30,641 nucleotides of DNA. Origin: a virus (lineage: Duplodnaviria; Caudoviricetes). The notes beneath the pieces are model-generated. The model saw nothing but the letters and a program-made list of their open reading frames with translations, had not been told where the DNA came from and searched no databases. The position numbers and the translations under genes are program-made. Position 1 is the first letter of the stretch. Each line of letters starts with the position of its first letter. Below are positions 24,654 through 30,641 of this stretch, piece by piece. The DNA is taken from positions 1 through 30,641 of the IMG/VR virus record IMGVR_UViG_3300016469_000686; one strand, given 5' to 3'.

Positions 24654-24662
24654 AAGATAGCA
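24654..24662 (-). promoter_or_regulatory. Putative extended -10 element for a near-leaderless RNAP transcript
   Basis: TGC-TATCTT 8 nt upstream of ATG 24645, with no Shine-Dalgarno. Confidence 0.45.
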
Positions 24663-24732
24663 CTGCAAGTTTGCCTCGTTGACGGACATAAGTGCTCGCG
24701 GACGACCAACGCGGTCATCCGAAGGAGGCAGC

Positions 24733-24876
24733 ATGAAGAAAGAAGTCCAGAAACCCAAAACCAGCGGAGGGTGGCTCGTGGAGATGCTCGCCCTCATGCT
24801 CTTCGGAGACGAGTGCTCGCCATCGCAGCCGTCAGCTTCCTCATCGGGTTCATCGAAGGAATCCGGAAAGGGTTGA
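24733..24876 (+). CDS. Small hypothetical protein (47 aa)
   Basis: Strong GAAGGAGG RBS before ATG 24733; ends 3 nt before next start. Confidence 0.4.
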   Translation: MKKEVQKPKTSGGWLVEMLALMLFGDECSPSQPSASSSGSSKESGKG

Positions 24877-24879
24877 AGA

Positions 24880-25659
24880 GTGCCTATTTTCGACGACTTC
24901 AGCAGGATCAGCGAGCTCAAGATCGGGGAGTCGAACCTCCTGATGATCCTGTCCCCTTACATCGGAGCGAAGATCGAGGACACGTCCAACCCTCACAGGT
25001 ACTGGACGGTGACCAACATCTTCGCCCCCAACGAGCGTCTCGCGATCCGGGGTGTTCGTCTCCGACTCCGAGACCAGACCGGCGTCACGACCTTCCTCAA
25101 CCAGAGGGACGCCGAAGTCCTTCTGGACATCGCCGAACCTGGGTGGCGCGTCCCCTGGCAGAACAACCTCATCTACCCGCGCATCAGCGACAGCTCCTTC
25201 GTGGGGTTCGCCATGGATGTGACGGACCTCGCGGATGATCTGCACATTCTGGAGGCGAACCTCCGGAAGTCCGTGCACGCAACCACCGGCCGCACGTACC
25301 TCTCTGACGGAAGGATCGAGCGCAAGGTCTACACCGGCAGCAAGAACAACTCCCGGGAGGTGTTCGAGTTCGTATCGGACACGAACTCGAACGGACTCAT
25401 GCCCGACCTTTCGCTGACCTCGATCGGTTCCCGGTGGCGCCGCGTGACCCAGGAGTATTTCTCGTGGCAGCGACCCGGCTTACCTGCCAGTGCTGCAACG
25501 GGCCGCTACTCCCTGGCACTACCGCTGTTCTTCTCCAGTCCGTCCGGGTGTTGGATCTGGAGGAGGACAAGAGCTACCAGCTCCTGCTCAATGAGCGCGA
25601 GAAAGACGGCGAGGTCTACACCTGGTCCTCTTTCGTTTGCCACGACTGCTTCGACCTAG
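24880..25659 (+). CDS. Hypothetical protein (up to 259 aa)
   Basis: First ~195 aa have GC3-rich codons and look protein-like; the tail overlaps the next gene. Confidence 0.65.
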   Translation: MPIFDDFSRISELKIGESNLLMILSPYIGAKIEDTSNPHRYWTVTNIFAPNERLAIRGVRLRLRDQTGVTTFLNQRDAEVLLDIAEPGWRVPWQNNLIYPRISDSSFVGFAMDVTDLADDLHILEANLRKSVHATTGRTYLSDGRIERKVYTGSKNNSREVFEFVSDTNSNGLMPDLSLTSIGSRWRRVTQEYFSWQRPGLPASAATGRYSLALPLFFSSPSGCWIWRRTRATSSCSMSARKTARSTPGPLSFATTAST

Positions 25660-26030
25660 GGGTCTCCGAGGTCGTGACGATGTTCAGCGACGAACCGATC
25701 ACCGATGACGTCCCCCTGGTGACCTGCACGCTGTGCGACAGGGCAATCCAGGACGGCGAAACGTTGACCGTGGTGCGTCCGATCGAGATGCTGCAAACGG
25801 ACCCTGGTCGTAAGGGCAAAGGAGGCGGTGAATACGTCATCCTCGACGACGAGGACGGGCTGGCCTGCCTTCGGTGCAACAACGAGCTGGCCCGGATCCT
25901 TGAGCTCTCCTCGCTGGAGGAGATGAGCGAGGACGGCGAGTGCTCCTCCTGCACGCACCGCGCGTGCTGGAGGCACGGGCCGTGTGACTGCTACTGCCAC
26001 CGGGCGGTCCGGTGGGGTAGCGACCGCTAG
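25464..26030 (+). CDS. Cys-rich putative multi-zinc-finger protein (188 aa)
   Basis: AGGAG RBS before GTG 25464; CQCC, CHDC, CTLC, CLRC, CSSC and CWRHGPCDCYCH. Confidence 0.7.
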   Translation: MAATRLTCQCCNGPLLPGTTAVLLQSVRVLDLEEDKSYQLLLNEREKDGEVYTWSSFVCHDCFDLGVSEVVTMFSDEPITDDVPLVTCTLCDRAIQDGETLTVVRPIEMLQTDPGRKGKGGGEYVILDDEDGLACLRCNNELARILELSSLEEMSEDGECSSCTHRACWRHGPCDCYCHRAVRWGSDR

Positions 26031-26036
26031 TTTCAG

Positions 26037-26062
26037 AGGAGGGGGCCCGCAGGCCCCCTCCT
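26037..26062. other. Perfect 11-bp intergenic hairpin
   Basis: AGGAGGGGGCC-CGCA-GGCCCCCTCCT between the Cys-rich gene and the ATPase; no long U tract. Confidence 0.7.
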
Positions 26063-26079
26063 TGTCCCCTGGAGACATC

Positions 26080-27279
26080 ATGGACGAGATCATCAAAGTG
26101 GCACTCATGACCCCCACCTGGATCCTCGGCGAGAGCCTCGAAGAGTACGAGGGCCGGTGGGGTCTTCCGCTCTTGCTCACGGGTCCGCCGGGCGTGGGGA
26201 AGACTCGGACGGTGCAGAAGGTCGCGAAGGAGTCGGCGCTGCTCTGCCACACCTTCGCCACCGACAGCCTGGAGCTCGACGATCTGGGCGGGATCCTCGT
26301 GATGAAGGACGGGTCTCTTCAGCGTCTGAGCGACAACGAGGAGGTTCAGTGCATCATCGCGGCCCAAGAGGGGGTTCTGTTCGTCGACGAGCTGAACGCC
26401 AACCAGGGGATCGCCGCAGCGATCAACCGGCTGGTCTACGAAGGCGAGTTCTGCCGGAAGGTCCTCCCGCCCCGGGTCCGCATCCTCGCGGCGATGAACC
26501 CGCCGGAGCTGAGCGCAGGGGGCTCCACGCTGGCAGCTTCCACGTCCAACCGGATGTGCCAGGTCGCCGTGAAGGGTCACTCGCTGGATGAGTGGTCCAG
26601 CTACCTGGACGGGGTTCCCTCGCGCCAAGAGGGGCTCGGGGATCTGGAGAAGGTCCTGCACGAGAACTGGGAGGGGGCCAAGAACAAGGCCCGCATGCAA
26701 GTTCGAGCGACTCTGAGCTCGAACTCGGGGTTGTTGAACTCCATCCCCGAGGATACGTCGCAGCCTTGGCCTTCGGAGAGGTCGTGGCTCATGGCCACCA
26801 ACGCTCTGGCGACGACCTACGCTCTGGAGAGCGTCCTTCAGAACCCGGCGCAGGTCGCGGCCACGTTGGTGGCCGGCTGCGTGGGCCGTGAGGCGTCGGA
26901 GAAGTGGCTCCTCTGCGCAGAGAGCGGAGAGCTCCCTTCTCTTGACGAAGTCCTGGAAGGATCCTGGTCTCCTGTCGGAAAGAGGCTCGACGTCATCTAC
27001 GCGGTCGTCTGCTCTCTGGTGAACGTCGTGAACGGCGCGAAGAACCTGCGCCAGGACCTGCGTATCACTCTGGCGGAGAAGATCTACCGGTTCGTCGGCC
27101 AGGCGCAGATGGGCGGAGCCAAGGACGTCCTCTTCCCCCTCGTTGCCGCGCTCTCGAAGAACTCGATGGGCATCAGCATGGCTTACACCAGCCAAGCGGG
27201 TAACGATGCCCAGCTTAGCCGCGTCCTGGAGGCCGCCAACAAGGTCTTCCACGCCTATGGGAGCCGGGTGTGGCGGTAG
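26080..27279 (+). CDS. MoxR-like AAA+ ATPase (399 aa)
   Basis: GGAG RBS before ATG 26080; Walker A GPPGVGKT, Walker B VLFVDE, sensor 1 AAMNP, Arg finger SNRM. Confidence 0.88.
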   Translation: MDEIIKVALMTPTWILGESLEEYEGRWGLPLLLTGPPGVGKTRTVQKVAKESALLCHTFATDSLELDDLGGILVMKDGSLQRLSDNEEVQCIIAAQEGVLFVDELNANQGIAAAINRLVYEGEFCRKVLPPRVRILAAMNPPELSAGGSTLAASTSNRMCQVAVKGHSLDEWSSYLDGVPSRQEGLGDLEKVLHENWEGAKNKARMQVRATLSSNSGLLNSIPEDTSQPWPSERSWLMATNALATTYALESVLQNPAQVAATLVAGCVGREASEKWLLCAESGELPSLDEVLEGSWSPVGKRLDVIYAVVCSLVNVVNGAKNLRQDLRITLAEKIYRFVGQAQMGGAKDVLFPLVAALSKNSMGISMAYTSQAGNDAQLSRVLEAANKVFHAYGSRVWR

Positions 27280-28430
27280 CAGACGAAGCAGCGGACCGGC
27301 TGGCGGAGGCTCGCCACCTGTTCTGCCAGAAGTGGCCCTACTTCCGACCCCTACTCCTGAAGATCCGCTTCATCCCGGACGAGCGAATCCAGACCTGCGG
27401 GATCAGCCCAAAACTCCTCTTCGTCTACAACCCCGAGTACGTGGCGAAGAGGAGCTTGGACGAAGCCCTGTTCCTCGTCTGGCACGAGATCAACCACGTC
27501 CTCAGCACGTTCACCTACGGAGAGCTGCTGAAGGGGATGAATCACGAAGCCCTCAACTTCGCATCGGATCTGGAGATCAACAGCCGGGGTGAGCTCGAAC
27601 GGCTCCGCCTGCCCCCAAACATACATCTCCCCCAGAACTACGGTCTGCCGACGCATCGGACGACGGGGGAGTACCTGGACATGCTGAGGGAGAAGCCTGG
27701 GACGATCTGCCAGCACTCCGTCGGCAGCGGTTCTTGCTGGGTCCCGAAGGATCTCGAAGAAGAGCACTCTCCTGAAGGTGCCTCCGATCTGGAGGTCGAA
27801 GCCGCCAAGATCGAGGTGGCCCGAGCCGTGGAGGACGCCAAGTACGGCACGGTCTCAAACAAGTGGAAGGAGTGGGCCACTGCCGCTCTCCGAAAGTCTC
27901 CTCCTGACTGGAGAAGGTTGCTGCGCAACCACCTCCTCAACCACCTTACTTCCCGCAAAGGGAAGGGGTCGCCTACCTACGCCAGGCCGCACCGCCGAGC
28001 CTTCCTCCAAGACGGCCCGTTCATCTTCCCAGGGTCTCGGGAGATTACCCCTTCCATCGCTGTAGCGGTGGATACGTCGGGGAGTATGAGCGCGGAACAC
28101 CTGTCCAAGGCGATCGGGCTCGTGATCAGCGTGGCCGAATCCCAGAACGTGCGAGACGTCCTGCTCATCCAGGCTGACTCGGACATCAAGTCTTGGGAGA
28201 AGGTGCCGATCGACCGGCTTCGTAGGCCCTTCGAGATTATCGGTCGCGGGGGCACGAGCTTCGTCCCAGTCATCGAGCGGCTGAACGCCGAGAAGTCGGC
28301 CTCCATCCTCCTCTACTTCACCGACGGCTGCGGGGAATACCCGGACTCGTCGCGGATCCCTGTGGTGTGGGGGCTCATCGGATGCTCGGTGAGTACCCCG
28401 CCTTGGGGCAAGTCGTTCCGGGTGCAGTGA
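27270..28430 (+). CDS. HExxH metallopeptidase-like + vWA domain protein (DUF2201-type)
   Basis: WHEINH followed by N.A.DLEIN; W..LLR...YARP.RR; MIDAS DTSGS, GGT, FTDG; overlaps the ATPase stop. Confidence 0.88.
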   Translation: MAVADEAADRLAEARHLFCQKWPYFRPLLLKIRFIPDERIQTCGISPKLLFVYNPEYVAKRSLDEALFLVWHEINHVLSTFTYGELLKGMNHEALNFASDLEINSRGELERLRLPPNIHLPQNYGLPTHRTTGEYLDMLREKPGTICQHSVGSGSCWVPKDLEEEHSPEGASDLEVEAAKIEVARAVEDAKYGTVSNKWKEWATAALRKSPPDWRRLLRNHLLNHLTSRKGKGSPTYARPHRRAFLQDGPFIFPGSREITPSIAVAVDTSGSMSAEHLSKAIGLVISVAESQNVRDVLLIQADSDIKSWEKVPIDRLRRPFEIIGRGGTSFVPVIERLNAEKSASILLYFTDGCGEYPDSSRIPVVWGLIGCSVSTPPWGKSFRVQ

Positions 28431-28452
28431 GCCCGGAAGGGAGGGGGATTTT

Positions 28453-30465
28453 TTAGCTACTTGCTCTCCTCGGGGGGGCCACCTCGGGAGGAGGGGCTTC
28501 GGTGGGTGCCGCGGGCTGCTCGCTCCCCATGGTGGACAAGTAGCTCATGACGAGGTTGTAGAGCTCGGGGGAGCTGGTCATCAGGTTCTGGATTGCCACC
28601 TGCTGGAGGTTCGGGGACATGATCGAGATCTGGCGGGCCATCGCCATGGCTTGCTCAGTCAGGGGGATGGCTCCGTTCGGAGCTTTCTGCCCGACGTTGA
28701 GTTTGGAGGCGAGGGTCTGGTCCAGGGCCTGCGCGTTGGAGAGCGGGGCTGGGGTCGCTGGATCGGCGGGGACTGCTTCTGCCGGCGGGGGCTGCTCAGC
28801 CCCGGGCACCACAGGGGCCCCGGTAGACAGATCCACTCCGGTCTCCTGGCCGACAACAGGGGCTGGACCGCCTGGGCCAGGAGGACCGCCGGGACCGCCG
28901 GGACCGGGGGGTCCGGCCTGTGCCGCGGCCATCTGCTGCTGGACCTCCATCTGGTACTTGGCGGTGAGGGAGCCCACCTCCCCCTGAAGCTTGGCCATCT
29001 CGATCTGCTTCTTCCTCTGCGCAGCGATCTGGTGCGTCACCTCCTTCTCCATCAACTCCGACTCGGTCTTCGCGTCGAAGTCAGCCTCGTTCAAGAGGGT
29101 GGTGTCGGAGATCTTGCCTCCCTGCGCCATGGCGAGCAGCCACTGCTTGCGCATCATGTCGTCCGCCATGCGGAACGGCTTGAAGCGGATGTCTGTGAGG
29201 GGCCAAGAAGTGACGGCTGCGACCTTGCGCTGCACGAAGCGGGCGAGCTGAAGCTGTAGGTGGATGAAGCCGAGGAAGAAGTTCTCCACAGTGCGGAGAG
29301 AGACGTTGCTTCCGCTCCACGCCGCCCCTCCGAAGATGAACTCTTTCGGAACCCCGATGCTGACGATGATCTGCTCGATCAACGCCTGCATCTCTGGCTG
29401 GATCATCAGCGCCTTGCCGTCGCCTCCGATCGTCTGCTGCCCGATCGGTAGAGGCATGATCGGGTAGTAGGCGGGGTCCCACCGCCACCGTGCGATCTGC
29501 TGTGCCACGTCCTGCTTCCACAGAGGAAGGGGGACCGACGTGAAGGGATCTGCGGTGCCAGCGGCTGGCTGAGGGAACAGCACGCGCAGCGGGATCAGGT
29601 GCTCCAGAAGCACGGTCTCTTGCGCCTTCCGCATCACCTGGAGCTGGAAGGCTTCGCGAAGAACAGGCAAGAGAAGAGGGCACCCCCATCCGGGGTCGAA
29701 GCCGGAGATAGAGGGGCGAGCGAGGTGGAAGACCTCGTCTTCGGGCAGGATCACCTTCTCGTTGTTCTTGCAGGCATCGATGAAGACCTGTGGAAGCTCC
29801 TCCACCACGTCTTGCCTGCCTGTCATGACGTCCTGCCTTATCCCGGCCGGCACCGTGAGGTAGTACGTCTTGCGGCGAGTGAGGGGGTTGTAGAGGATCT
29901 GGAGAAGCTCCGGATCCCAGCGCAGGAGCGAGACATTCTCCGCGGTGCGGACCGCGATGTCGACCACTTGAGCCGGCCCTTCGTGCCCGCAGGAGCACTT
30001 GAGGCGGAAGGTGTAGTTACGGAAGGTCCACTTCGAGCGGTTCCCTTCGGCCTTGGTGAGCTTGCCGCACGAGCTGCATTTCAGCCACTTGTGGATGGGG
30101 TAGCGCGCTGAAACGAAGGCGTTGCCGTAGACGAAGAAGTCCAGCCCCACTTCCACCTGAAAGGAGCGGTACCGAAGCGTGTCTTCGTAGTAGGTCGTCC
30201 ACTTCCGACTGGTCTCCTCCGACTTGTGCGTGAAGATCAGGTCAGTGATCGGGTACTCCGCCAGCTTGTAGACGACGGTGTTGAGGAACCCGTTCAGAAG
30301 GAAGTAGGTACGCAGCCACCGGAAAAGGGACTGCATGTTCTGCGGCGTGTACGTCGACGCCACATCGAAGAACGGGTGAGGGTAGGCGATGCCGTAGCTG
30401 CCACCCTGCATCCGTCCTCGTGTCCGGGCGAACTGACTCGAACCTCCGCTGGTAGCGACGCTCAT
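28453..30465 (-). CDS. Putative portal protein (670 aa) with zinc-ribbon insertion and Pro/Gly-rich tail
   Basis: Portal-like segments D.FVYGNAFV, VFHL......GWG.P, I...IGVP.EF..G; CSSC...CSCGH insertion; phage structural context. Confidence 0.7.
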   Translation of the reverse strand: MSVATSGGSSQFARTRGRMQGGSYGIAYPHPFFDVASTYTPQNMQSLFRWLRTYFLLNGFLNTVVYKLAEYPITDLIFTHKSEETSRKWTTYYEDTLRYRSFQVEVGLDFFVYGNAFVSARYPIHKWLKCSSCGKLTKAEGNRSKWTFRNYTFRLKCSCGHEGPAQVVDIAVRTAENVSLLRWDPELLQILYNPLTRRKTYYLTVPAGIRQDVMTGRQDVVEELPQVFIDACKNNEKVILPEDEVFHLARPSISGFDPGWGCPLLLPVLREAFQLQVMRKAQETVLLEHLIPLRVLFPQPAAGTADPFTSVPLPLWKQDVAQQIARWRWDPAYYPIMPLPIGQQTIGGDGKALMIQPEMQALIEQIIVSIGVPKEFIFGGAAWSGSNVSLRTVENFFLGFIHLQLQLARFVQRKVAAVTSWPLTDIRFKPFRMADDMMRKQWLLAMAQGGKISDTTLLNEADFDAKTESELMEKEVTHQIAAQRKKQIEMAKLQGEVGSLTAKYQMEVQQQMAAAQAGPPGPGGPGGPPGPGGPAPVVGQETGVDLSTGAPVVPGAEQPPPAEAVPADPATPAPLSNAQALDQTLASKLNVGQKAPNGAIPLTEQAMAMARQISIMSPNLQQVAIQNLMTSSPELYNLVMSYLSTMGSEQPAAPTEAPPPEVAPPRRASS

Positions 30466-30641
30466 GCCGGGGCTCCAGAGATGAGGGAGTAGGAGGGGTC
30501 AGAGCGGTGGGGCTCGGTCGCCTTTCGGACCAGGTTGGGTTGGTTGGGGGAAGCGGGATGGTATTCGGGACCGACGACCTTCGGGACGCCGCGGCGCACC
30601 TCGTCGTAGGGCAGCTCCAGCAAGCGCTGCGTGTTCCCGGA
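30462..30641 (-). CDS. 3' end of an upstream gene (truncated by window)
   Basis: 60 open codons from the window end (SGNTQRLLELPYDEV...GAPA*), stop overlaps portal ATG (ATGA). Confidence 0.55.
   Translation of the reverse strand, partial: SGNTQRLLELPYDEVRRGVPKVVGPEYHPASPNQPNLVRKATEPHRSDPSYSLISGAPA

Noticed and set aside
24627-25238. ORF containing a TM-like stretch VLAIAAVSFLIGFIEGI
   Set aside because: No credible start or RBS in that frame, and it overlaps the better-supported 24880 gene; a frameshift joining it to 24733 cannot be excluded but is unsupported.
28860-28915. Collagen-like repeat in the portal
   Set aside because: Too short and not a sustained G-X-Y register; treated as a flexible linker.

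Overview
The window is part of a GC-rich (roughly 65% by eye) large tailed-phage genome with three blocks. (1) 1-6168, + strand: about 20 short, tightly packed hypothetical genes typical of an early/accessory region. They share repeated leader elements and include two paralog pairs, an Rmf/CrpP-like protein and one frameshifted gene. (2) 6497-24645, - strand: core module with a GpA-like terminase large subunit carrying a 420-aa intein in Walker A, a 671-aa protein strongly enriched in K-x-A motifs, a gp5/gpV-like spike, and a single 2476-aa fused beta-beta' multisubunit-type RNA polymerase. The polymerase has a 357-aa non-canonical intein (Ser...Trp-Asp/Thr) directly after the catalytic NADFDGD, lacks the beta' N-terminal zinc-binding domain and has a rewritten rifampicin pocket. 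(3) 24733-28430, + strand: an inserted block with a Cys-rich protein, a MoxR-like AAA+ ATPase and a HExxH-metallopeptidase/vWA partner, followed by a portal gene on the - strand. All family calls come from motif recognition by eye; no database searches were run.
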